From a virus (taxonomy: Duplodnaviria; Caudoviricetes): 55,130 nucleotides of DNA. Numbering within the stretch: the stretch's first letter is position 1; the number at the start of each line of letters is the position of its first letter. Below, piece after piece: positions 17,018 through 25,056 of the stretch. A program made the translations under genes and the position numbers. Below the pieces are notes generated by a model. It searched no databases. It was not told the origin of the DNA and saw only the letters and a list, made by a program, of their open reading frames with translations. Location of the stretch: positions 1 through 55,130 of the IMG/VR virus record IMGVR_UViG_3300005613_000080; one strand, given 5' to 3'.

Positions 17018-18696
17018 TCGCACTCTCCTGTGATTCGACATGATGTTGCCTCCTCTGCTTTGGCTTTCAGAATCCCCATGCGCTTGCCGCCGGGGTTGAA
17101 GGTCGTACAGCCTTTTGCGCCACCTTTCCAGGCACGCACATATAGCCCTTTGAAGTCTTCCCACGGCATCTCCGGTGATACGTTGCACGTCTTCGAGACC
17201 GCCGAATCGACGAACTCCTGGGCACAGCACAGCACGTCAACGTGCTCTTGGGCCGTCACCCTGTCTGCCGTCTTGCCCCGGACGCCAAAGAACTTGGCCC
17301 CGTAGTCCTCGATGGTGTAGTTGACCGCGCCATCGAACTCCTGGACGGTGCGCTCGACCGACAGCGCGAAGACGGGCTCAATACCCGACGAGACGTTATC
17401 GGCTGCCAGCGAGATCGTGCCCGTGGGCGCGATAGAGGTCAGGTGCGAGTTTCGGATCCCGTGCTTGCGGATCAGATCGCGCACATCCTCGGGGAGCGTC
17501 TGCACGAACTCGCCCGCGAGGTAGTCCTCCGTGACGAACTCGGGGAACGCGCCGCGTTTCGCAGCAAGCAGGGCCGAGGCGCGGTAGGTGCTGTCGCGCA
17601 GGATAGTGAGGATCTTGCGCTGCACCTCAAGGTACGGACCCGTGCCGTACTCGTAGCCCAGCGCCTCGATGGCGTTCGCCATGCCCGTGACGCCCAGGCC
17701 CATGCGACGCTTGGACTTCGCCTCTTTCTCCTGCTCGTAAAGCGGGTAGCGGGCCACGTCGATCACGCGATCCATCGCTGCGACGACAGGCGCGATGTCC
17801 TTGGCGAGCCCAAGGGAGTTGAACTCGAAGATGTCGTGGTTCCGCACGACGTACTTCGTCATGTTGAAGCTGCCCAGGAGGCACGCACCGAACGGCGGCA
17901 GTGGTTGCTCGCCACACGGGTTCGTGGCGACGATCTCCTCGCAGTAGCGCAGGTTGTTCATCTCGTTGATGCGGTCGATGAACAGCACGCCGGGCTCGGC
18001 CCAATCCCAGGTCGAGCGCATGATCTTGTCCCACAGGGCGCAGGCGCGAACGGTGCGGTAGACCTGTCCTCCGAAGCGCAGCTCAAACTCTGCGTCGTTC
18101 TCAACCGCAAGCATGAACTCGTCGGTGACGCCGACCGAGACGTTGAAGCCCGTCAGCGAGGTCGCGTTCTGCTTCGCATGGATGAACTCCTCGATGTCCG
18201 GGTGGTCCACGCGCATCACGCCCATCTGGGCACCACGGCGATGACCCGCCGACGCGATGGTCTGGCAGATGGCGTTGAAGATGCCCATGAAGCTGATCGG
18301 CCCCGAAGAACGCGAGCCCAGCTTGCGGATCTCGGAGCCACGAGGGCGCAGCGTCGAGAAATCGTAGCCGATGCCGCCGCCCATCTGCATCGTGCGGGCG
18401 GCCTGCTTCGCGCGCGACATGATCGACCCCTGGCCGTCCGTCAGGGAGTCCTCGATGGTGCCCGAGACGTAGCAGTTGTACGGAGTGGTGTCCCTGCTCG
18501 ATCCAATGGCGCTCTGGATCCGTCCACCGGGCAGGAATCGCTGGCTGAGGAGGATGTCCCGGAACGTGTGGAAGTCCTCCTGGTCCGTCAGGGCCGCCGC
18601 TACGCGGTTGGCGTACTCACGAAAGCTCTCCCCCGGAGTGCGGTACTTGTCGGCGTGGAGATTGTCAGCGAACGGTGTTTGCGGGCCTTCGGTCAT
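17014..18696 (-). CDS. nrdJ: Class II (B12-dependent) ribonucleotide reductase
   Basis: FLPGGR, NCYV, RRGAQM, NPCGEQPL, IAPTGTIS, C-terminal CxxxxxC pair; no beta-subunit gene nearby. Confidence 0.9.
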   Translation of the reverse strand: MTEGPQTPFADNLHADKYRTPGESFREYANRVAAALTDQEDFHTFRDILLSQRFLPGGRIQSAIGSSRDTTPYNCYVSGTIEDSLTDGQGSIMSRAKQAARTMQMGGGIGYDFSTLRPRGSEIRKLGSRSSGPISFMGIFNAICQTIASAGHRRGAQMGVMRVDHPDIEEFIHAKQNATSLTGFNVSVGVTDEFMLAVENDAEFELRFGGQVYRTVRACALWDKIMRSTWDWAEPGVLFIDRINEMNNLRYCEEIVATNPCGEQPLPPFGACLLGSFNMTKYVVRNHDIFEFNSLGLAKDIAPVVAAMDRVIDVARYPLYEQEKEAKSKRRMGLGVTGMANAIEALGYEYGTGPYLEVQRKILTILRDSTYRASALLAAKRGAFPEFVTEDYLAGEFVQTLPEDVRDLIRKHGIRNSHLTSIAPTGTISLAADNVSSGIEPVFALSVERTVQEFDGAVNYTIEDYGAKFFGVRGKTADRVTAQEHVDVLCCAQEFVDSAVSKTCNVSPEMPWEDFKGLYVRAWKGGAKGCTTFNPGGKRMGILKAKAEEATSCRITGECE

Positions 18697-19901
18697 TGGA
18701 TCAAGGTGAGTTGGTCGGCTGCGCGGGTGATGGCGGTGTATAGCCACTTCGACGACTGTTCGCGGAAGCAGTGCGACTCGTTCACAATCGCCACTTTCCC
18801 CCACTGTGACCCCTGGGCCTTGTGACAGGTGACGGCGTAGCCGAAATCGAAATGTTCGGCTTCACGCATCTCGTAGAACGGAATGTCGTCTTGTCGGTCC
18901 TCGAAGTAGTGCCGAAAGGCTACCACATCAAAGGTGTACGGATCATCACTGTCGAACGAATGGACCCATAGCTTGATCCGGTCATCATCCAGCACCTCGC
19001 AGTCGTCAACGACCCATTGTGAGCCGTTCAATAGCCCGCTGTTGCGATTGTTGCGAAGACAGACCAGCTTGTCGCCAGCCACCGGAAGCCCAGATGCAAA
19101 GCCCTTGACAGTCTCGCGGATCATGTGGTTGATCGTGCGCCGTGTGGCGTTACGCCCCACAATGATTTGGTCGTGGGCTGCCAGCTCCTCAATGCCCAAG
19201 GTGCCCTTCTCCACGACCCTGGAGTCACCGTAGCTCCCATAGGCGATGCGCTCGCCGTTCCGCACGGAGGTCGCCATGCTGACGATGGGGCTGCCCTCTG
19301 CCTGCCGGTGAATCTCCGTCAGCATGATGTCGGGCTCCGCGTCGGTGAAGTACCCGCCATCCTTGACCGGGGGAAGCTGGGCAGGGTCGCCCAGCGCGAG
19401 GATGCGCGTGCCGTACTCCAGCAGATCCTCGGCGATCTGCCTGCCGACCATCGACACCTCATCGAGCACGACGAGGCTGGCGTGACGCACGGGAGACTCC
19501 AGGTTGCGCGTGAACGTGGGCCGCTTGAGGTTGTCTTTCTCCTCGGCCAGCTCGGCAGCGATCTCGCGCCTCCTGTCGGCGTCCTGCTCCGCGTTCAGGT
19601 CGGCCTGGAGCTGTGCCAAACGCTCCTGACTGCGCTCACGCGGCAGGTAGATCATCTGGTGGATGGTCATCGCGTTCTCGCAGCCCTTGGACTGCAAGAC
19701 GAGCGCGGCCTTGCCCGTGTATGCGCCGAAAAGGACTGGCCCAGATACCTCTGAAACGAGGTGCTGCGCGAGCGTCGTCTTGCCCGTACCGGCGTAGCCG
19801 AAGAGGCGGAAGACCTGTTGTTCACCATCCTGGAGCCACGAGCGGACTCCCTGGATGGCCTGTTCTTGCTGGGGCGACCAGGAATGCAGTGTCGAGAGCA
19901 T
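18693..19901 (-). CDS. RecD/Dda-like SF1B helicase
   Basis: GYAGTGKT, DEVSMV, GDPAQLPP, YAVTCHKAQGS, YTAITRA; GGAGGA RBS. Confidence 0.92.
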   Translation of the reverse strand: MLSTLHSWSPQQEQAIQGVRSWLQDGEQQVFRLFGYAGTGKTTLAQHLVSEVSGPVLFGAYTGKAALVLQSKGCENAMTIHQMIYLPRERSQERLAQLQADLNAEQDADRRREIAAELAEEKDNLKRPTFTRNLESPVRHASLVVLDEVSMVGRQIAEDLLEYGTRILALGDPAQLPPVKDGGYFTDAEPDIMLTEIHRQAEGSPIVSMATSVRNGERIAYGSYGDSRVVEKGTLGIEELAAHDQIIVGRNATRRTINHMIRETVKGFASGLPVAGDKLVCLRNNRNSGLLNGSQWVVDDCEVLDDDRIKLWVHSFDSDDPYTFDVVAFRHYFEDRQDDIPFYEMREAEHFDFGYAVTCHKAQGSQWGKVAIVNESHCFREQSSKWLYTAITRAADQLTLIQ

Positions 19902-19903
19902 CC

Positions 19904-20086
19904 CTAGTCCTCCCTCTCCGCAACACACGCAGCACAACGACGACAAGGGAATGAGCCATCATTCGTCTGCTGTGGGCTGTAGCACGTCCAAGTAGCATCG
20001 TATGGCGCATCGCTGCTCTTGAGTTCCGCAACAATCGCCGCCTTGCTCAAGCTAATCAACGGCGTATGTACCGCAACGCCGGGAAG
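19904..20086 (-). pseudogene. queC: C-terminal remnant of QueC (7-cyano-7-deazaguanine synthase)
   Basis: VHTPLISLSKAAIV...TWTCY...CRRCAAC matches the QueC Zn-binding tail; no SGGxDS ATP-binding half. Confidence 0.75.
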
Positions 20087-20132
20087 CGCAGTCCAGCTGC
20101 ATCGAGCATGTCGGTTATCTCTTCCGTCTTCG

Positions 20133-20774
20133 TTACCACTCCTTGACCCACCTGTGGCGGCGATTGCCACTCTTCCAGACCTTGTTCATCGGAACTCTCT
20201 TCCAACCAAATGACTCCATGTGCTCCCTCTCACTTCCGAGGTCACACACCCTGTGGACGAAGCGGATAATCTCGGACCTGCCCGCCAACTGGATCCCTTC
20301 TTTTCGCGTACCGCCATTGGAGTAGACGGACCTTCGGCTTCCGCTGGCGTCGATCCACTTCTGGCTCATGCGACTCCCGTCTCGGCTCATGCCCGCACAC
20401 TTGTATACGTTGCCACAGTGGCCCTCTCCCACATCAGCATAGGTCACGACGACAGGATATCTTCCGCGATCAATGCCGTTCTTCAGAATCCACCTCAAGG
20501 GCTTCGAGATGTGCCAGTTTCTCTCAGACTTAGGTACAGCGACCATGCGCGACAAACTGGTAGCCCCTTGAGGTTCGCCAGGACTAACGGCCTTTGCGGA
20601 ACCGTAAGGGGGGGGCTGGAAGATCCAGGCAGCTACGACCTGGGAGTTCGAGTCGCGGCACACCCACACATGACCTGTAGAACCCATACTCTTGTAGGGG
20701 TGATACTTATCGATCAGATCCCGCACACTATCGAAAGTTGACGGTTCGGGCAAAGGCCACTTCCTATCCATCAT
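20133..20774 (-). CDS. mom: Mom-family GNAT DNA adenine modification enzyme
   Basis: YHPY, LSRMV and VVTYADVGEGHCGNVYKCAG, matching the Mom S/TYAD..GHxGxIY motif. Confidence 0.78.
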   Translation of the reverse strand: MMDRKWPLPEPSTFDSVRDLIDKYHPYKSMGSTGHVWVCRDSNSQVVAAWIFQPPPYGSAKAVSPGEPQGATSLSRMVAVPKSERNWHISKPLRWILKNGIDRGRYPVVVTYADVGEGHCGNVYKCAGMSRDGSRMSQKWIDASGSRRSVYSNGGTRKEGIQLAGRSEIIRFVHRVCDLGSEREHMESFGWKRVPMNKVWKSGNRRHRWVKEW

Positions 20775-20959
20775 ACGCTCCACTCGTCAGATGCTTCTCT
20801 GGTGCCAGCGAACTCCTGATCACCACCCACGCCACTCATCGCCAGCAGGTCGGCGGCGGTTCTTGTGGTGTTGTTCACAGCGCGTCTCATCTCCTCGAAA
20901 CCAGCCCGTGCCATCGCACGACTCGACTGCGTAATGAAAAAAAAGTGCGGGCCTTTCAC
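20771..20959 (-). CDS. Small hypothetical ORF upstream of mom (true start probably later)
   Basis: Its stop overlaps the mom ATG; the 5' end runs through a terminator. Confidence 0.3.
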   Translation of the reverse strand: MKGPHFFFITQSSRAMARAGFEEMRRAVNNTTRTAADLLAMSGVGGDQEFAGTREASDEWSV

Positions 20960-20963
20960 CCGC
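20937..20963 (-). terminator. Intrinsic terminator after the SSB-like gene
   Basis: GCGGG-TGAAAGG-CCCGC followed by ac and T8. Confidence 0.75.
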
Positions 20964-20992
20964 TCGGCTGCCTAGCAGCTTGGAGGGTAGTC

Positions 20993-21832
20993 TCAGAAAA
21001 CGGTGTCGTCGCTGCTCTCAGCAGCCACGCCGTCCTGCGAGTCGTAGGCGATGTTGGCCGAACCCGCCATCACATCGTCCTTGAAGTGCCGGGCAGCCTC
21101 AAGCAGCGCGGCCTGCGGCCCACTGGGGTCGATCAGCGACGGCAGCACGCCGTTGCGGAAGACCGGATCGCCTTCGGGCTGGTTCACCGGGCGAAGAACC
21201 CAGTTGTACCAAGTGCCTTCGCTGTTGGACTGCTCCTCGGTGCTGACGCGCAGACGGTGAGCAAACAGCGGAGCACCAGGGAACTTCCGAAGCTCGCCAA
21301 TCGACTTCTTGTAGGGCTGGATGCCCGACGACGTGAACGCGAGCATGGCGAAGCCAGCGGGCACCACATCGTCCGAGTCTGCGAGCATCATGCACGCGAG
21401 GTAAAACGTCTCGACCAGCTCATGCCCCTCGGGGGTGATGAGACGGCCCTTCTCGTTCTTCTTGCACTGGGCAACCACGGGATCGTGAAGCCCACAGCGA
21501 CCGACGAAGCCGCCGCCTTGGCTGCGGGGACGCCACTCGACGTACAGGTGCTCGGTGATGCACGGCACGATCACGATGTCCTCGTGCAGCTCGCGGGTCA
21601 CGGTGTCGAGCAGGAGGCCCGGCTCCGCGCCGGGGATCTTGGAGTCCTTCTTCGCAACCTCGGGGCTGAGGGCCTGGAGGATGCGGATGAAGGGTACAGC
21701 CTGATCGGCTGCGGTCATGTTCTCCATGCCCTCCCCCGCCATCTCGCCGAAGTCGAAGGGCATCGCCACAGCGCCAGTGGAAGAGGGGGTGGTGGCGACC
21801 GCCTTGGTCGCAGAGTCTTTTCTCGTAGTCAT
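20993..21832 (-). CDS. Phage ssDNA-binding/annealing-like protein
   Basis: PFIRILQALSPEV and YVEWRPR..GGGFV motifs; acidic tail ending DDTVF. Confidence 0.6.
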   Translation of the reverse strand: MTTRKDSATKAVATTPSSTGAVAMPFDFGEMAGEGMENMTAADQAVPFIRILQALSPEVAKKDSKIPGAEPGLLLDTVTRELHEDIVIVPCITEHLYVEWRPRSQGGGFVGRCGLHDPVVAQCKKNEKGRLITPEGHELVETFYLACMMLADSDDVVPAGFAMLAFTSSGIQPYKKSIGELRKFPGAPLFAHRLRVSTEEQSNSEGTWYNWVLRPVNQPEGDPVFRNGVLPSLIDPSGPQAALLEAARHFKDDVMAGSANIAYDSQDGVAAESSDDTVF

Positions 21833-21889
21833 GTCAAAATCCAGGTTATGCAGCGCCCACTTTTACGGCTGGCGGTGCGGTGAGCCGCG

Positions 21890-22450
21890 TCACTTCTTCG
21901 GTGACTTCACCTCGGCCTTGTCGTAGGTAGACGCGCCGAAGATGTCCATCGGAACCCGATTCGCCGGGTCGGCGAGCAGCCGCCGCAGCAGCGCCCGCAG
22001 GGAGCTGGACTCTACCTTCCGGCGAGCGCCCACGCTCATGTCTTGTGCTTGCAGCTCCTCCATGAGCTGCTGGGCCTTGTCGTCCTCGCCCATCGCGAAG
22101 GCAACCTCGACCGTGCGCTTGATGAGGCCGCCCTGTCCGTTCTGCTCCAGCCAGCGGAACGCCTCGGTCTCCCGTGCCTTCGGGATCGACGCTCGCACGT
22201 CGGACTTGATCTTGACCTTGTAGCCCGACGTGGTGGTGAACTCAGCCATGCCCGCTTCGCGCATAGCCTCGGGGATCAGATGCTCCTCGTAGTGGCGCAC
22301 GCGCTTCATGCGCTCCTTGTATTCGGCTTCCGCTTGGGCAGCATCCACCTGAGCATCCAGGTAGGCATCCACGGCGTCGGTGATCTTGCGGAGCTGATCG
22401 ACCGTCGGGCCGTCGGTGTAGGCCGAGAAGTCGGGTAGTTGGTCAGTCAT
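21890..22450 (-). CDS. Conserved phage replication-module hypothetical protein
   Basis: Coiled coil plus AFRWLEQNG.GGLIK motif; TAATG overlap. Confidence 0.7.
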   Translation of the reverse strand: MTDQLPDFSAYTDGPTVDQLRKITDAVDAYLDAQVDAAQAEAEYKERMKRVRHYEEHLIPEAMREAGMAEFTTTSGYKVKIKSDVRASIPKARETEAFRWLEQNGQGGLIKRTVEVAFAMGEDDKAQQLMEELQAQDMSVGARRKVESSSLRALLRRLLADPANRVPMDIFGASTYDKAEVKSPKK

Positions 22451-23145
22451 TAGTCGTTGGTCCAGATCATCTCGGGACTCTTCTTGTTCTGGCATGTCCT
22501 CGCGTCCAGGAGATACTCAAACGGAAGCCAGTCGGCATCCTGCCCCTCGCACACGATGACTTGCCCAGGGAGGGCTCGGCACCACGCGCCGAGTCGCGCG
22601 TAGTCGATGTCGCGTTCCTTGTAACAGTATCCCTTGACGCGGTACGGCGGATCAACGTACCACGTTGCCGGGTTGCCGACCTCGATGTCCTCGTAGGACC
22701 CGTGCAGCACTCGCCAGTGACGGATGGCGTGGAGCTGGGACGCGATGCGTTGACGACGAGCCGAGTTCCAGAACTTCACTGAGTTCGGATTGGCTCGTGT
22801 CCACGACGAAATCTTGGAACGCGGTGTGAAGTCCGCGCCACCGATACAGAACCCCATCAACCAGCGCGCTTCCTGCGGAAGCTCAGGGATGTCGTCGATC
22901 TGCACTCCGTCAGGCACGTCCGGCAGCGCGAGGATCTCTTCCTCGCTGACTCGGATCAGGTACGACCAGATCGCCGCGAGCACGTCGTACTTCTCCACGA
23001 GAAGCACGTCGCGGTCCGGGTAGCGCAGACTGTAGCCAGCGGACCCGGCGAACGGTTCGACGATGGTCGAGTAGCGCGGCGCCGGGTACTTCGGCGCGAT
23101 GCGCCACTTGCCGCCGTAGTAGGAGAAGAAGGGTTTTAGGGTCAT
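22450..23145 (-). CDS. D12-class N6-adenine DNA methyltransferase
   Basis: YYGGK, EPFAGSA (SAM binding), YVDPPY. Confidence 0.9.
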   Translation of the reverse strand: MTLKPFFSYYGGKWRIAPKYPAPRYSTIVEPFAGSAGYSLRYPDRDVLLVEKYDVLAAIWSYLIRVSEEEILALPDVPDGVQIDDIPELPQEARWLMGFCIGGADFTPRSKISSWTRANPNSVKFWNSARRQRIASQLHAIRHWRVLHGSYEDIEVGNPATWYVDPPYRVKGYCYKERDIDYARLGAWCRALPGQVIVCEGQDADWLPFEYLLDARTCQNKKSPEMIWTND

Positions 23146-23150
23146 GGGGG

Positions 23151-24611
23151 TTAGATCCAGTTTCGCAGGTCGTCGCCTTGAACGGTAGCCGCCATCTCGA
23201 ACTTGTTTCGGAGGGCGTCGATGATCTGCTCGTCCACCGTGTCCTGGGCACAGAGGTCGATGATCTGGACAGGATGTTCCTGCCCAATGCGGTGGGCGCG
23301 GTCCTCGGATTGGAGGCGCTTCGACAGCTTGTAGCTGTTGTTGAAGTAAACAACCGTCTTCGCACAGGTGAGCGTGATGCCCTCTGCTCCCTTGGCAGGG
23401 TTGGCAACGAAGACGCGAGCCTCCCCTCTCTTGAAGGCATCGACGGCCTCACCGGCCTCGGCCTCCGTGCATTGACCGTCGTAGCGTACAGCGTCCACCT
23501 TGGCATCATGCAGTGCCGCGAGGATGTGGTCAATGTCGTATCGGTACTTTGCCCAGACGATCACTTGCTGGCCGTCTGCCTCGTCCAGCACGTTCAAGAG
23601 CGCGTCGATCCGAGGGTTCTTGTCGCCCAGCGGCACGAGCTGCTGCTCGTCCGTGTCCGGGTCCTCGGTGGGCAGGTAGCCCGACGTGACTTGTTGCAGG
23701 CGAAGGCGCATGGTGATCGCGAGCGCGGCGGTGATCGGCTGCCCGTCGATCCAGGTCAGCATCTCGTCGCGAAGCTCGGTGTAGGCCCGCCACTGGGCGG
23801 GGGTCATCTCAAAGTAGCGTTTCGAGTAGAGCTTCGGAGGCAAATCCAAGACATTTTCTTTCAGGAGCCTCGATCCATACCGTGCCACCACCTCGTTCAG
23901 CATCGGAAGGTTGCGGAAGCGGACCAGCTCGGGGAACTGCCTGCCGTTGCCCAGTTGGCGCGTCTGCCAGACGCCGAACGTGGCCTTGAACGCCGAGTAG
24001 TCGCCGCAGCCGACGCTGTTCCAGGCTTTCTCGTCCAGCCACTTGATCTGGGTGTAGACATCGAAGGGCTTGTCATCGACGACTGTGCCCGTCAGGATCC
24101 GGCGATAGGGCAGGTACTTTGCCAGGGCCATGATGCGCTTCGTGCGCTTGGCCCCCGGCGACTTGATGTAGGGCGATTCGTCGAGCACGCCCATACACTG
24201 ACGGTCCTCAACGAACCGCCTGATGAACTTCGCGCCCTTGTCCGTCATTATGCCGTTGTAGGACATACAGACGACAGATAGCCCCCTATGGGCAAGCACG
24301 GCTGCGGCCTCGTCGGCGTGGGCCTTGTTGCCCGCCTTCGAGGTCATCCAGTGCATGACACGCATCTGGTCCTGCACCTCGTCGGGCATATGGGTGGGTA
24401 GTTCGTCCACCACCCAGTTTCGGTGGACCCCGTTAGGGGCGAGGACGAGGAGCCCGCGAATGGCACCCTCTTGGTAGAGATGCGCGGCGGTGTCGATGCA
24501 CGGCTTGGTCTTGCCGCATCCCATCTCCCAGAACAGCCCACGGGCCGCTAGGTCGCGGGAGTGGTGGTACTCGTCGAGCTGGTGCGCGTAGGGGGTGGTC
24601 TTGAACTTCAC
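23151..24611 (-). CDS. SNF2-family helicase
   Basis: EMGCGKT, LDES, LTGT, EGITL, QSEDRAHRIGQ. Confidence 0.93.
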   Translation of the reverse strand: MKFKTTPYAHQLDEYHHSRDLAARGLFWEMGCGKTKPCIDTAAHLYQEGAIRGLLVLAPNGVHRNWVVDELPTHMPDEVQDQMRVMHWMTSKAGNKAHADEAAAVLAHRGLSVVCMSYNGIMTDKGAKFIRRFVEDRQCMGVLDESPYIKSPGAKRTKRIMALAKYLPYRRILTGTVVDDKPFDVYTQIKWLDEKAWNSVGCGDYSAFKATFGVWQTRQLGNGRQFPELVRFRNLPMLNEVVARYGSRLLKENVLDLPPKLYSKRYFEMTPAQWRAYTELRDEMLTWIDGQPITAALAITMRLRLQQVTSGYLPTEDPDTDEQQLVPLGDKNPRIDALLNVLDEADGQQVIVWAKYRYDIDHILAALHDAKVDAVRYDGQCTEAEAGEAVDAFKRGEARVFVANPAKGAEGITLTCAKTVVYFNNSYKLSKRLQSEDRAHRIGQEHPVQIIDLCAQDTVDEQIIDALRNKFEMAATVQGDDLRNWI

Positions 24612-24632
24612 GCTGTCAGAAATCGAGGGTAG

Positions 24633-24660
24633 AAAAACCCGGACCCCAGAGAGATCCGGG
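24633..24660 (-). terminator. Intrinsic terminator at the end of the structural operon
   Basis: CCCGGATCT...GGGTCCGGG followed by TTTTT on the minus strand. Confidence 0.65.
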
Positions 24661-24723
24661 CCGGTAGCCCTGCGCCATGCTACCCCCTCATGGCGGTCCA
24701 GGCCACCTGATTGTGGCGTTCTG

Positions 24724-25056
24724 CTAGTCCCCGACCGGAAAGGTCGGGACTACAAGGTCTGCGTTATCCTCGTTACGGGCACGCATGAGGTTGACCCAGG
24801 CCCGAACCTCGGTTCGGAGTTTTGCCCCATCAGCCTCCACTCGGCCTTCAATCTCTCGGAGCCGAGAGTCGATCCGGATTTGCAAGCCGTCGATTCGAGC
24901 ATCAAGCGTGCGAATCGAGTAGTCGATCGCTAGGAGCTGTGAGTTGAGCGCAACAGCTCCACCTGAGATCGCCACAATCAAAGCTACCGCGACCCCCACT
25001 GGAAGCCAGACATTCTTGGGTGTCGCCAAATAGGTTGCTTCTTCGTGCTCAATCAT
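24724..25056 (-). CDS. Single-TM coiled-coil protein (possible lysis/spanin-like accessory)
   Basis: TM VWLPVGVAVALIVAISGGAV followed by a heptad region. Confidence 0.6.
   Translation of the reverse strand: MIEHEEATYLATPKNVWLPVGVAVALIVAISGGAVALNSQLLAIDYSIRTLDARIDGLQIRIDSRLREIEGRVEADGAKLRTEVRAWVNLMRARNEDNADLVVPTFPVGD

Noticed and set aside
14071-18696. YuA-type thymidine hypermodification or Z-genome pathway
   Set aside because: No dUMP hydroxymethylase, 5-HMU DNA kinase, aGPT-PPlase or PurZ was recognised in the window.
17242-18825. Long + strand ORFs (also 1783-3354, 11137-12372, 40442-41881, 41851-43155 and others)
   Set aside because: They are antisense shadows of well-supported minus-strand genes, expected from GC-rich codon bias, and show no motifs.
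20771-20880. Small ORF as the missing N-terminus of queC (LLAMSGVGGD versus VLLSGGLDS)
   Set aside because: The resemblance is too weak to support without a profile search.
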